Below the pieces are notes generated by a model. That model saw nothing but the letters and a program-made list of their open reading frames with translations. It had not been told where the DNA came from and did not search any database. Made by a program: the position numbers and the translations under genes. Positions 19,665 through 29,737 of a DNA stretch of 64,000 nt are shown here, piece by piece (the stretch's first letter is position 1; every line of letters begins with the position of its first letter). Source of the stretch: a virus; IMG/VR virus record IMGVR_UViG_3300025117_000028, positions 59,916 through 123,915 of that record; one strand, 5' to 3'.

Positions 19665-19967
19665 TCAAGACGAAATTCCTGCCGGGTGAATGAGTATTTT
19701 CCTCCCACACTCACATTGCACTGCAACATCCTGCTGAAAATTCAATTTTTCATTTCTCATCATTGAGAAAAACACTTTGTCCTTCGTTGCTTCGAATGCT
19801 GCTCTCGCACAGCATGGATGCTCCTCTATAAAATATGAGTCGCTGATCGGAGGGAAAACAGCGGTAATCGCCTCAGTTGGTATATTCATACCTCCCTCAA
19901 ATAAAACTTCCGCATTTAGGGTCGAAGTACCTTGGTGCCCTGGTTTAGGAATTGTATTAGTGGCCAT
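19665..19967 (-). CDS. Hypothetical Zn-binding protein
   Basis: HPCC...CECG. Confidence 0.5.
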   Translation of the reverse strand: MATNTIPKPGHQGTSTLNAEVLFEGGMNIPTEAITAVFPPISDSYFIEEHPCCARAAFEATKDKVFFSMMRNEKLNFQQDVAVQCECGRKILIHPAGISS

Positions 19968-20262
19968 ACTTTTTAGTTAAAAATGCTGTGGCTTCTTTTA
20001 TGCAGTCTTCCCATTGTTGGTCTTTATCTAAGATTGCTTTCCATCCAGTTGAGCCTGTAATATCTCGTAACTTAGACTTTGATAAAAGAACCTGAATCTG
20101 CTTGAAAACAATTCCTTCTGTAGTATTTTCATCCCAATCTTTATTCGCACTTGCTATATGTTTTTGCATAATATCAAGAGAGACTTTTCTTAATTCTATT
20201 TCAAGTAAAGCAATAGCTAAAATATCAATTATTTCTTGTTTGCTGATGTCGTCTGGAAACAT
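19957..20262 (-). CDS. Hypothetical protein
   Basis: 101 aa, coupled overlaps. Confidence 0.5.
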   Translation of the reverse strand: MFPDDISKQEIIDILAIALLEIELRKVSLDIMQKHIASANKDWDENTTEGIVFKQIQVLLSKSKLRDITGSTGWKAILDKDQQWEDCIKEATAFLTKKYGH

Positions 20263-20714
20263 TTTTTTACCTCTTCTGCTTGTCCTTTACATTCACACCG
20301 ACCCCAAATAGCACAACTGTTAATGAAGTCTTCAACCTCTTTTGGTAATTTTGGTTTCTCTCGTAGCTGTTTTTCTAATTCTAAAACTTTTTGATAATAT
20401 TCTTTGCTTGATCTCCACGCAATTGCCATCATACTATCCGAATTGTCAAAATGTTTTGTTTTTAAGTTTCCATATTCGAGTTTGAGTGTTCTTAACTCTT
20501 CTCCTTGGAGATAATTGTTTTTCTGGTGTTCTTTTAACTTTTCTCCATAAAACAATGTCTTTTCTACAGCTTCGGCACTTGCTTTTTCTTTGAATACGTT
20601 AAACGATATATCAAGATGCTTGGCGCGATGTTTCCAATAAACTTTGAAAAAGAGTGTTACTCCTAATAAAATTGTTTCAACAATAATAATCCCTATTAAT
20701 ATAGAGCTATACAT
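20229..20714 (-). CDS. N-terminally membrane-anchored coiled-coil protein
   Basis: One TM helix then heptads; AAGGAAG upstream. Confidence 0.55.
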   Translation of the reverse strand: MYSSILIGIIIVETILLGVTLFFKVYWKHRAKHLDISFNVFKEKASAEAVEKTLFYGEKLKEHQKNNYLQGEELRTLKLEYGNLKTKHFDNSDSMMAIAWRSSKEYYQKVLELEKQLREKPKLPKEVEDFINSCAIWGRCECKGQAEEVKKCFQTTSANKK

Positions 20715-20726
20715 AAACTTCCTTGC

Positions 20727-21242
20727 TTAACTCGGAACAACTTCTGGAGTTACAGATATTCTTTGATAATGCTTGTCTATAAGGGCAATCATCTTTGTGA
20801 AGAAATTGAAAGTATCAATTTTTTCTACTTCTAAAGCAAAATTATCTTCGATCCAAAAATCAAATGATTTACCTGGCAGTTGGAATGTTATCTGTAAATG
20901 TCTATATCCTACGTCGTCACTTAACAACCATGTAACAATATCTAAACCATCTGAAGTGTCATCATTTAATATACAATAACCTTTTATTGGTTCTTGATTT
21001 GGAACAAGATTTCTAAATGTTTCTTCTAAAGACTTAAATATATCCGATAGTTTAAGTAACATTTTTGTATCGCAATATAAAGATATAGTATGCGTTTGAT
21101 CTGCTAAAATTATTTGAACAGAATCTGAAACCCAAAACTCTGGAAATATTTCAAATTGATATTTAAAGTCAAAATTATTAGTTACATAAAGAAGGTCTCC
21201 TTCTTTGTCACCGTCTTTGAGTACTTGTTCAAGTAGTATCAT
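20727..21242 (-). CDS. Hypothetical protein
   Basis: 171 aa, AGGAG RBS. Confidence 0.55.
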   Translation of the reverse strand: MILLEQVLKDGDKEGDLLYVTNNFDFKYQFEIFPEFWVSDSVQIILADQTHTISLYCDTKMLLKLSDIFKSLEETFRNLVPNQEPIKGYCILNDDTSDGLDIVTWLLSDDVGYRHLQITFQLPGKSFDFWIEDNFALEVEKIDTFNFFTKMIALIDKHYQRISVTPEVVPS

Positions 21243-21249
21243 ATTTCTC

Positions 21250-23067
21250 CTATGAAAGTAGATGTGATTTTTTTATTTCATTATCTATTTCTTTTACCCA
21301 ATGAATCATTTCTCTAGTCCATGTAGTTAGAATTTTTAATTCTTTCTCTAACTCTTTTGACCTATTTAATGGAAGCGCATAGTATTCAATAAATAGTCTT
21401 GTATGGAATGGCAATATAACATCCATCAAGACCTTACTAAATAACGGGTAAAATGTTAGTATTTTATCTAAATGTTTTTCATAGTCTTTAATATTGCTAG
21501 AGAACTTTGACTCTAGCTTGACGAGAAATTCAGATAAGTCTGTATGTAAATTAGATAAAAAGTCTTGCGCCTCTTTTAATTTGTTTTTTATTTCTATTGT
21601 TGTTTCGTATATTGAAACCGGTTTGTTTGCCTCTCGTTTTAAAGGACAAATAACTTTTTGCGGAAGTATTCTTAACAGGTCATCAAAATCTATTCTTTTA
21701 GAATCGATTATTTGAATTCCATATTCTTTAGGTATAACATTATAAAAATTAAGTCCAAATTTATTAATCATAAAAGTAGTGGTATCTGAGAAGTAAGCCC
21801 AAATTTGATTTGTCTTACGAGGTAATTCACAATTACCCATTTTTTCTATGATTTTATCGTCTGTTTTTTCTATCTCTATGTCTGGATCGTTGTTAAGTAA
21901 TACGTTCTCTGTATGACTTTTGCCACTAAACGGATCATAAGCTAAATCATTTCCTAATACGGCAATAGTAGAACATCCCATTCTGTGTAACATAGCAATA
22001 GCTAAGTTTGAAACAGTAGGGCCTATATAGTTAGGTTCGAGTTTTGGGAATAGCCAATTAACAAAATGTAAAATTCCCGAACTAAATATTAATGGTCTGT
22101 TGCCATAAGTTTTCATGATCTCTGGATGTTGTAACGCCAAACAAAAGAGAGGAAGATCATTGGGTATACTATTCATTTCAAAGAATTTTTTAATTTCTTC
22201 ATGCCTTTCTAAGGTTGCTACAGCATCAAGTTCTAGTTGTGAATCTAACGAAATCTTTAATGAAGAATCGCAGCATATAATAACTGCGCGGCCATTTAAT
22301 TCCTTAAGTCTATCTTTATAGAGATCAAGAGAAGGACCAGAACATATAACTATCCCTGGTAATCCTTTGCATATATCTTTATACTCGACAGATCTATGAC
22401 TAGCAATAATCGTTTCTATATTTTGTATAATATGTTGCACGCCTAGAAAATAATCTGCACTTGAATTGCCGTAAGTTTTAATAACTGTTTTTATGGCTTC
22501 CATTGTTACAGCATCATAATCTTTATAGATTTGTAAAAATCTATTAGAAGTTTCTAGCAAAGTAACCCTTCTAATGCATTTCAAACTCATCCCCCAAGGG
22601 TGCCTACTAAGAATATCTATCAATGTCGTTTTAATACTAATAGGAACCATTCCTATTAAGAAGAATACGTTAGCATGGTTAATCAGATTAGTTCTATCAA
22701 CGGCATGTAAAAATGCACGAAATACTTCTATATCGTGTTCAAGAATTATGTGGCCAAAAGTTATTGGATTCTTTTTGGCGAGAATTTGATCTATTTGATG
22801 TCCTAGACCAAGACCATAATATAGGATAATCCTAGGAGGTGGAACATCTGTTTTCTGATTCTCAAAAGAAATTTTTAGATCTTCTTCTGCTGCTTTATAG
22901 TCACCTATGACTCTGGCTACTCCTTTGTCCTCAAAAGTCAGATATATATTTTTATTAAGTTGTTTCAGTTTATATCGCGGGTCTTCGGGAGTCTCTTTTA
23001 GATGTTTCCAGAGATCTGGATATCTATATTTTAAGGCATATAAGTTTTTTTTATAAAAATCTTTCAT
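21250..23067 (-). CDS. Maf (motility-associated factor)/DUF115 MptE-like glycosyltransferase
   Basis: N-terminal NLYALK..YPDL and YGLGLGH; DUF115 core ICSGPSLD, IICCDSS, TVSNLAIAML..MGC..IAVLGNDLAY; 605 aa. Confidence 0.8.
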   Translation of the reverse strand: MKDFYKKNLYALKYRYPDLWKHLKETPEDPRYKLKQLNKNIYLTFEDKGVARVIGDYKAAEEDLKISFENQKTDVPPPRIILYYGLGLGHQIDQILAKKNPITFGHIILEHDIEVFRAFLHAVDRTNLINHANVFFLIGMVPISIKTTLIDILSRHPWGMSLKCIRRVTLLETSNRFLQIYKDYDAVTMEAIKTVIKTYGNSSADYFLGVQHIIQNIETIIASHRSVEYKDICKGLPGIVICSGPSLDLYKDRLKELNGRAVIICCDSSLKISLDSQLELDAVATLERHEEIKKFFEMNSIPNDLPLFCLALQHPEIMKTYGNRPLIFSSGILHFVNWLFPKLEPNYIGPTVSNLAIAMLHRMGCSTIAVLGNDLAYDPFSGKSHTENVLLNNDPDIEIEKTDDKIIEKMGNCELPRKTNQIWAYFSDTTTFMINKFGLNFYNVIPKEYGIQIIDSKRIDFDDLLRILPQKVICPLKREANKPVSIYETTIEIKNKLKEAQDFLSNLHTDLSEFLVKLESKFSSNIKDYEKHLDKILTFYPLFSKVLMDVILPFHTRLFIEYYALPLNRSKELEKELKILTTWTREMIHWVKEIDNEIKKSHLLS

Positions 23068-23068
23068 A

Positions 23069-24247
23069 TTAAAAATTTGTTACATCATATAAATAAGTTG
23101 TTTCTTCTGCCTGTGCAAAGGCTTCATCTCGACTTTGTCCTTCTTGAATAGCTCGAATAGCACGTTTCTGAGACTGGCACTTTTCTCCAAATTCAATTTT
23201 GACTTGGTCAATTTTCTTCATATTTAGTTGAAGATTTTTCAACAGACCCCGTAAACTATCAAGACAATATTCCATTGTTCCAAAAATAATAGAACAAGTA
23301 ATCTTTTCATGAGCCGAGTGAGATATATCTCTATAGTTCCACAAAGGGATAGTACTATAGAGAGAATTACATAGGCTGATGATTAAATTAGTTAAACCAC
23401 AGATACGTTCTTCTAAAACCGGATTAACTTTATGAGGCATAGATGATGATCCTCTTTGATGAGGAGACTTATAGGTGATAAGTTCGTCTACACCTTCTAT
23501 TTGCATAAGTCTTAGGTCTTGAACAATTTTATGTATAGATCCTGCTAAAATTGCTATATTATTAAAATATGTTTGATATAGATCTCTGGAAATAATTTGC
23601 GTCGAAATATTTTCTTTTTCGAGAGATAAAGAATAAAGTGTTTTTTCTATCATACGTAGGTCTTGTTTTTGGAAGTATTTACTTTCCCCAACAGACCCAT
23701 TGAATTTGCCATAATAAATATGGCTTCCTAAATTCAATTGACTAGTTAAAAACATTTCATTCCAATTTTCAAATAGACTAGACACAGAAATTTCTTCTGC
23801 AAATTTTCCATGAGTTCTGATCAACATTGTTTTTTCAGAATAGTATAGTCCTAAATTTGTCAATTCATGTCTACACAAATTAAGGCTTTCCCTTATGATA
23901 TTAATACTGTCTCTCATCATAAGACTATAAGCTGTATCTTTTAAATCACTAGATGTTAACCCTGCATAATATTTACCAATATCTAAGTCTTGGAAAATGT
24001 ATTCCATTAATTCTAGAAAAGCATGTATATCATGTTTATAATAATCGTTTAAATGACTCCAGAGCTTGACGTTTTCGTCGGTTAATTCCACCAAACTTAG
24101 GTCTTCTAATGTGACAGATTGATGCTCATATCGCATTCGATAATAAATAAATGTTCCAAGGACTTTTGCCCAAGTTTCTAACATATATTTAAGTGACCAA
24201 ATTTTTTCACATTGAGGACCTATGTATGGAGAAATTAAATCTAACAT
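23069..24247 (-). CDS. purB: Adenylosuccinate lyase
   Basis: Fumarase-family signature GSSSMPHKVNP; RTHG catalytic His; HDIHAF; start at 24247 with GAGG RBS. Confidence 0.88.
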   Translation of the reverse strand: MLDLISPYIGPQCEKIWSLKYMLETWAKVLGTFIYYRMRYEHQSVTLEDLSLVELTDENVKLWSHLNDYYKHDIHAFLELMEYIFQDLDIGKYYAGLTSSDLKDTAYSLMMRDSINIIRESLNLCRHELTNLGLYYSEKTMLIRTHGKFAEEISVSSLFENWNEMFLTSQLNLGSHIYYGKFNGSVGESKYFQKQDLRMIEKTLYSLSLEKENISTQIISRDLYQTYFNNIAILAGSIHKIVQDLRLMQIEGVDELITYKSPHQRGSSSMPHKVNPVLEERICGLTNLIISLCNSLYSTIPLWNYRDISHSAHEKITCSIIFGTMEYCLDSLRGLLKNLQLNMKKIDQVKIEFGEKCQSQKRAIRAIQEGQSRDEAFAQAEETTYLYDVTNF

Positions 24248-25179
24248 GGTAATACCTCTATTTCTGGACCAGGTGACCAACTTAAATATTTTACCCTAGG
24301 AATTATACGACGAATGGCACCTAAATATTCGCTAATTGTGCAAAAATCGTGGCGCTCATTTTTGTATATAAAAGCTTTCATCGTGGTATGAACTAAGACA
24401 TCACATTTAGTAATAGCGATTTCGTCTATAGGAACCGTATTCAATACTGTCTTGATTTCGTCTAGATCTAGTAAATAACATTTACGAGGTCTACCTGTAG
24501 TAGTACCATATTCATGGCCTATCTCGCGTAGTAAGGGTAGGTCTTCCCTATATGGAGGTCCCTCACCTACTCTTGTTGTATAGGCCTTCATGACGCCTAC
24601 AATGCGTTTAATCCCATATCTACAAGATGGGAATATGCTTGATGAAGTAACGAATGGGTAATGACCGCAATCTACATCTAAGAAAAAGCCTTGGTTTCCC
24701 TCGAAGAGATAAGATCCATTATAGAAAATTTTATTTTCATATGACTGAAACGGAGTAATAGAATCTAAATCTCTAATACGGTGACCAATCCTCATCGCTT
24801 TATCTCGGTAACAAGGGCCATTACCACTTCCAGTTGTCCCTAGTTTATGGTTTGCGTCTTCTTCTTTATGAGAAGATGTAATGAGATGTGTATTTTTGTG
24901 GATATGTATTAGTTCGGGATCAAACCCGGTTGCTTCTTTTTGAAGTTTTTCTAAGTCTATTACCATTCCTGGTTCTAGATAGCAAGGAAGTCCTTCTACT
25001 ATCCCACATGGTAAGTGATGAAGCTTGTAAGTAGTTCCATCTTTTACTACAGTATGACCTGCGTTGCAGCCTCCTGAGTATCTGACACATCCTTCAAAAG
25101 TTTCATGCGTTACTAGATGGTGAACTACTTTTCCTTTACCTTCATCTCCATACTGCATTCCAAAAACTAATGTATTCAT
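24241..25179 (-). CDS. purA: Adenylosuccinate synthetase (short form)
   Basis: GMQYGDEGKGK, GGCNAGHT, GTTGSGNGP, FEGNQG, PFVTSS and YGTTTGRPR motifs. Confidence 0.92.
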   Translation of the reverse strand: MNTLVFGMQYGDEGKGKVVHHLVTHETFEGCVRYSGGCNAGHTVVKDGTTYKLHHLPCGIVEGLPCYLEPGMVIDLEKLQKEATGFDPELIHIHKNTHLITSSHKEEDANHKLGTTGSGNGPCYRDKAMRIGHRIRDLDSITPFQSYENKIFYNGSYLFEGNQGFFLDVDCGHYPFVTSSSIFPSCRYGIKRIVGVMKAYTTRVGEGPPYREDLPLLREIGHEYGTTTGRPRKCYLLDLDEIKTVLNTVPIDEIAITKCDVLVHTTMKAFIYKNERHDFCTISEYLGAIRRIIPRVKYLSWSPGPEIEVLPC

Positions 25180-25180
25180 A

Positions 25181-25432
25181 TTATTCTTCTTTTAATATTT
25201 CTGTTTTGATAACAAAAGCAACTTCTCTCGTTCCCCAAATATGATCTCCATTTTTTCCTCTCCATGTAGGATTCCATTCTTTTGGGAAATCAAGGCCTAG
25301 ACCAATGTAAGAGATATTATATTTGTGATCATTTTCGTCATATATGATAAGCTGACTAGTTGCTGTAGAAACACAATATTGCCACTGTTTATTATTAACA
25401 CATATTTTATGGAAGTTTTTTCTATGTTTCAT
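25181..25432 (-). CDS. Hypothetical protein
   Basis: 83 aa, coupled. Confidence 0.5.
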   Translation of the reverse strand: MKHRKNFHKICVNNKQWQYCVSTATSQLIIYDENDHKYNISYIGLGLDFPKEWNPTWRGKNGDHIWGTREVAFVIKTEILKEE

Positions 25433-25821
25433 TACGATTTTAGCATATCAGCAATTTCTGATAATGTTTTAGTTTTAAGCCAGTCTACACTAACCATTAC
25501 ATCTTTATAGCAAGGGACATCTTTTACAAAAACTACATAGTAAGGTTCTGAGTTTTTAACTAAAAGAGCTGACCCACAATAATAGATATAACTTCGAGCG
25601 CCTGCTCTTGTGAGGTCATAACACCACAATGGATGATCTTCTATAAATTGAAACTTTATTGAAAGTATTGCTTTGGTCTCTAGATCAGTCAAACTTAAAA
25701 TTTCCCAAAAGTAGGGTAGTCTCCATCCTACAGGAATTTGTATTTCATTTTTTGGCAAAGGACCAAAATGATTTGACCATAGTTTATTATTGTATGTCCA
25801 GAGTGTTGTATTTTCAGTCAT
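25432..25821 (-). CDS. Divergent DUF1566/Lcl-C-like protein
   Basis: GWRLPYFWEI..LWC...YYVVFVK resembles the WRLPT..EL..W..YVR.V pattern of the family. Confidence 0.45.
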   Translation of the reverse strand: MTENTTLWTYNNKLWSNHFGPLPKNEIQIPVGWRLPYFWEILSLTDLETKAILSIKFQFIEDHPLWCYDLTRAGARSYIYYCGSALLVKNSEPYYVVFVKDVPCYKDVMVSVDWLKTKTLSEIADMLKS

Positions 25822-25836
25822 AAATGTCCCCGGATT

Positions 25837-26781
25837 TTAATTTTCATCATCTTCATATTCGTCGTCGTCGTTTTTGAATCCGCCCATCATCGCCATCATC
25901 ATCATAGGATTCATGGTTCCTTGGGCTTGGCCGCCCATCATTCCGCTCATTGCCATCATCATCATCATGTTTTTATCTATTTTACCTTTATCCCCTTGCA
26001 TCATGAGCAACATTGGTAACATAGGATTCTGTGTTCCGGTGGACATATCAAACAACTGTTTAACACACATGAAACCCGATTGACCAAGCATCTGTACTTT
26101 TCCAGCTTGCACTATGGTTTTTCTGCTGTCTGGTTTTAAAACCTCAAGTGAACTTTCAAGTTTTTTAATAACCCAACCAAGAGGTTCTCCATCAGCACCA
26201 AGAATAATATCGCCTAAGGAGATGGCAGTAATAGGTTGGCGCATAGCGAATGCAGGTAACGCTACTTCGAACTCAACTAAACAACGTTCAGTAACGTATT
26301 CTTCTCCTTCCTTGACTAGTAGTGTTACGCCATCCTTTGTAACAATACCAGTTTTGCCGCTCATTACATCCCATACAATTTTATCTGTTTGGCAAAATAG
26401 ATGTTTTGCTACATTTCCCATCTTCATAGTAATACTCCTTTTTTTCTTTTCTGTCTTTTTATTTAAAGGTGTTATGTTTTTTTGATCTGATTTTCTTTTT
26501 TCTTCTTCAAAACAAAAATCTTCTAATTTATCCTTAGTGGTTACCATTATTCCATAAGAGGGATGACGAACAGTACATTTGTCTCCATCAGTATTTAAAA
26601 CTGTGACAATATTATTGTTATATGGAAGTGTCTTGAGCCGAGCTATTTTTGTTTCTTTTTCTGGTTCTAGATCAGGTGTCCCATAAAACTGACATTCTGG
26701 ATAACATATTGAACTAGCCGTAATAGTTCCACTAGGCATATTCCGTTTTCGTGGAGACCCAATTTCCCAAACTTGTCCCAT
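25837..26781 (-). CDS. Phage protein with Met/Gly-rich C-terminal tail; internal start likely at 26427
   Basis: NPMLPMLLMM...MMMMMAM...NPMMMMAMMGG; AAGGAG RBS precedes the in-frame ATG at 26427. Confidence 0.6.
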   Translation of the reverse strand: MGQVWEIGSPRKRNMPSGTITASSICYPECQFYGTPDLEPEKETKIARLKTLPYNNNIVTVLNTDGDKCTVRHPSYGIMVTTKDKLEDFCFEEEKRKSDQKNITPLNKKTEKKKRSITMKMGNVAKHLFCQTDKIVWDVMSGKTGIVTKDGVTLLVKEGEEYVTERCLVEFEVALPAFAMRQPITAISLGDIILGADGEPLGWVIKKLESSLEVLKPDSRKTIVQAGKVQMLGQSGFMCVKQLFDMSTGTQNPMLPMLLMMQGDKGKIDKNMMMMMAMSGMMGGQAQGTMNPMMMMAMMGGFKNDDDEYEDDEN

Positions 26782-26782
26782 A

Positions 26783-27163
26783 TTACATCATATCTTTAGG
26801 ATCTTCTTTAGGAAGTTGAGTCAAGCGCTTAACGCACTCAGGCATAATTTGCACCCAAAGTAATTTTGATGGGTCCATTAACTTCCCATTAACTAATGAC
26901 ATGAATAAAGTTTCATCTAAAGTCTTTTGACACATTGATTCACTTGGAAAAATTGCACTTACTTTATTTTCAGAAGTCTTCCAAAATGCAATTTCTGGAA
27001 AAAATGGACAACTAATTGCTTGTTCTAAGTCTGCGTGAGGAATGTCTTTGGCAACACATTCGTATTTTTGACTATCAACATTTTGCTCTATAAAATAAGT
27101 AGTAAAATGTCCGGGTTTGGCAAAACATCCTGTAAGTAATAATACTAAAAATAAATATTTCAT
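26783..27163 (-). CDS. Putative lipoprotein
   Basis: Signal peptide II with lipobox LTGC ([13 protein letters not shown]). Confidence 0.65.
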   Translation of the reverse strand: MKYLFLVLLLTGCFAKPGHFTTYFIEQNVDSQKYECVAKDIPHADLEQAISCPFFPEIAFWKTSENKVSAIFPSESMCQKTLDETLFMSLVNGKLMDPSKLLWVQIMPECVKRLTQLPKEDPKDMM

Positions 27164-28173
27164 ATAGCCCCTTTGCGAATTTGATTTTCAATTATAGTGT
27201 TACTGGAGACTTCTACCATTGTTAAATTTCTTTTTTCTGCAAACGAATGTATATTCCCGTAAGAAAAACCACTTCGGATTCCACCGATTAGTTCTGTAAT
27301 GATATGTTCGGCAGATCCTTTATACTTTACTAATGTACTTTCTCCTTCGGTATGTTTATTGGTATTAGCATAGTATTCTACCTGGAAATCTCGGCTAGCT
27401 TGGCCTCTATACTTTTTATATGCGACGCCGTCTATAATAATCAAATTTCCGGGAGTTTCATCTGTTCCAGAAAGTAAAGATCCTATCATGACAGTATCTG
27501 CTCCTGCTGCAAAAGCTTTAACCATATCACCGCTATTACGAATCCCTCCGTCAGCAATAATGGGAATATAATTTTCTTCATCTCGACCATAATCGCATTG
27601 CATAATGGCCGATAGTTGGGGTATCCCAAACCCTGTTACTAACCGGGTTTTACACATTGCACCGCAACCCACCCCTACTTTAATAGCATCAGCACCCCAA
27701 TCTGCAAGGCTGATAAAACCTTGTTCAGTGCAAACATTTCCTGCAATTATGTCGATATGATCTCTAACAGCCTTTTTTATTTTTGTAATTGCTTCCTTCA
27801 TTAAGATATGGTGACCATGTGCCATATCTATACAAATGATATCTACACCTGCTTCGTCTAGAGCTTGAGCCCTTTCTATAAAGTCATCTTTGACTCCAAC
27901 GGCTGCAGCAACAAGTTCGCAGTTTGTATCAGAAACTTCATTGACTTGTTCTTGGATAGATAAAAAACGGTGGATAATACCTAAGCCACCTGTTTTTGCC
28001 ATTAAACAGGCCATTTCGCCTTCGGTAATAGTATCCATATTAGAAGATATAATTGGCTGACTGATACTATATCTTTTGGTTACTTTTGTAGTTAAATCAA
28101 TTTGGTTGTTAAACCGGGATAGTATGTCTGAAAATTTTGGCCTTAATAAAACATCATCAAATGTTAGTAGCAT
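27160..28173 (-). CDS. GMP reductase / IMP dehydrogenase family enzyme without CBS domains (GMPR favoured)
   Basis: [24 protein letters not shown], catalytic loop [30 protein letters not shown]. Confidence 0.88.
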   Translation of the reverse strand: MLLTFDDVLLRPKFSDILSRFNNQIDLTTKVTKRYSISQPIISSNMDTITEGEMACLMAKTGGLGIIHRFLSIQEQVNEVSDTNCELVAAAVGVKDDFIERAQALDEAGVDIICIDMAHGHHILMKEAITKIKKAVRDHIDIIAGNVCTEQGFISLADWGADAIKVGVGCGAMCKTRLVTGFGIPQLSAIMQCDYGRDEENYIPIIADGGIRNSGDMVKAFAAGADTVMIGSLLSGTDETPGNLIIIDGVAYKKYRGQASRDFQVEYYANTNKHTEGESTLVKYKGSAEHIITELIGGIRSGFSYGNIHSFAEKRNLTMVEVSSNTIIENQIRKGAI

Positions 28174-29737
28174 AATTTCCTCCTAGTTGATTTTCCATCA
28201 ATCGCATTTGTTCTTGGTAACGACTATAGGGATTATCTAAATCTTTGTCATTAACAAACCCTAAGAACGGAGCAATATATGGTTCGCGTGAAATTGCTTG
28301 CTTGGCAATTTCGACACAGATTGCCCTATAAGTAGGATGTCCATTTACTTGTGTTCTTAACTCACATAAATGTTGAAGTTCGGCAAGATTCATCCCTATC
28401 ATCCATCTGACTTTATGACCATATAGGGTGCAGTATTCAGAAGCACCACTTTCTGATGCATCTACTAGGTTAAATAAACCCGTAACTCGGTCTACTAGAT
28501 CATAAGCTTCTTGATCCAAATGAATTTCGTTAAATTCTTTTGGTAATACAAATCCAATATCAACTGTTAATAGTTGTCGTTGTTGAGTCCCCACCCGATG
28601 TCGTTGCAAGTCTCTATATTCAGAGAATGGGCATTCAATTTCGAATGTAAATGGATAGCCTATTTCTAATCCGCGTCCTAATTTACTTCTTCTAGAAAGA
28701 CGAGCTGCTACTAAATTTTCAAGAAATTTAGTGCTATCAGTTTGTAATAACATACCATAATTGTGATTTAAACTATTAAAAGGTATATCTAAATAAGGAT
28801 ATAGAATAGATGTCATAAAAACATCACTTGATAATAGTGATGTAGGGATATACGTCACTTTAAATAAACTATTGTCTTTTTGAGGCAATGGAATACTATT
28901 GGTTATCTCTAAAATATCTGAAATATCTATACTGTTAATTGGCCTAGGAGGCTCTTTGTGTATTAGAAAAGTTGGAATTATTTTTTCTAGTTCTTGTAGT
29001 AGTTCAGTCCCTAAGGAATTGTTTTCTAGATCGTCAGAATAAATTAATGAATATACTAGATGTCTGAAAAATCGGGCATTTCCTGCTATACCAACATTGG
29101 TAAGTGTAGAAGCAGGAAGTAGGCAACGTGCGACATCTAAAGCTGCACATTTGATAATGTTTTCATAAGTCTTATTGTACATTTTCCTAGTCTTAGGAGC
29201 GTATAATAGCTTATCTTCTTTAGGAAATTTTGCGCGGAAATATCCAATTAGGTAACTAACTGCCTTGTTGTATAAGACGAAACATTCATCCATTACTTTT
29301 ACATATAAGTCTTGATATTGGCCTATCCCTTCTGGAGCCTGTAAATATTTCCATTGCTCTTGACCCGTTAGTGGGTCAATATACTTTTGATCATATTGAT
29401 TATAACGAGATGACTGTTCTATAAAAGAACAACCCACTCTATGATTTTCTATTGCTTTGGCTTGGATTTGGCTAATATTTTCTATACCAACATGAAGATA
29501 TTCTAATTCAGCAACAGATTCGTCACCAAATTGGTTAACGACTCTATTGATTAAAATAGAACCCGCCTCTACATTAGGTTCTCCGTCTTTAAAGAATTCT
29601 TGAGTCAAAGTTTCTCGAATACTTTTTGTACTACGAGAATACCGTGCCATAGCTGCACTTGTCATTTCAGGAGGTAATCCTTGAATAACAAAGATATTAG
29701 AATTATCATTAGAAAAATATTTGCTCATATCCCTCAC
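28157..29737 (-). CDS. thyX: FAD-dependent thymidylate synthase, tandem two-domain type
   Basis: Two Thy1-like motifs (NHRVGCSFIEQSSRY and RDLQRHRVGTQQRQ); HLCELRT..GHP.YR. Confidence 0.85.
   Translation of the reverse strand: MRDMSKYFSNDNSNIFVIQGLPPEMTSAAMARYSRSTKSIRETLTQEFFKDGEPNVEAGSILINRVVNQFGDESVAELEYLHVGIENISQIQAKAIENHRVGCSFIEQSSRYNQYDQKYIDPLTGQEQWKYLQAPEGIGQYQDLYVKVMDECFVLYNKAVSYLIGYFRAKFPKEDKLLYAPKTRKMYNKTYENIIKCAALDVARCLLPASTLTNVGIAGNARFFRHLVYSLIYSDDLENNSLGTELLQELEKIIPTFLIHKEPPRPINSIDISDILEITNSIPLPQKDNSLFKVTYIPTSLLSSDVFMTSILYPYLDIPFNSLNHNYGMLLQTDSTKFLENLVAARLSRRSKLGRGLEIGYPFTFEIECPFSEYRDLQRHRVGTQQRQLLTVDIGFVLPKEFNEIHLDQEAYDLVDRVTGLFNLVDASESGASEYCTLYGHKVRWMIGMNLAELQHLCELRTQVNGHPTYRAICVEIAKQAISREPYIAPFLGFVNDKDLDNPYSRYQEQMRLMENQLGGNYATNI

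Noticed and set aside
19491-19967. TGA read-through joining the 19665 ORF to 57 further in-frame codons
   Set aside because: The downstream part has its own ATG (19607) and GAGGAG, and TGA is used as a normal stop elsewhere. Coincidental phasing is sufficient.
24241-25179. PurZ / 2-aminoadenine (Z-genome) pathway
   Set aside because: The protein has the canonical PurA GDEGKG with the catalytic Asp, whereas PurZ has a Ser/Gly-type substitution (GSTGKG). No dATPase/MazZ partner was recognised.
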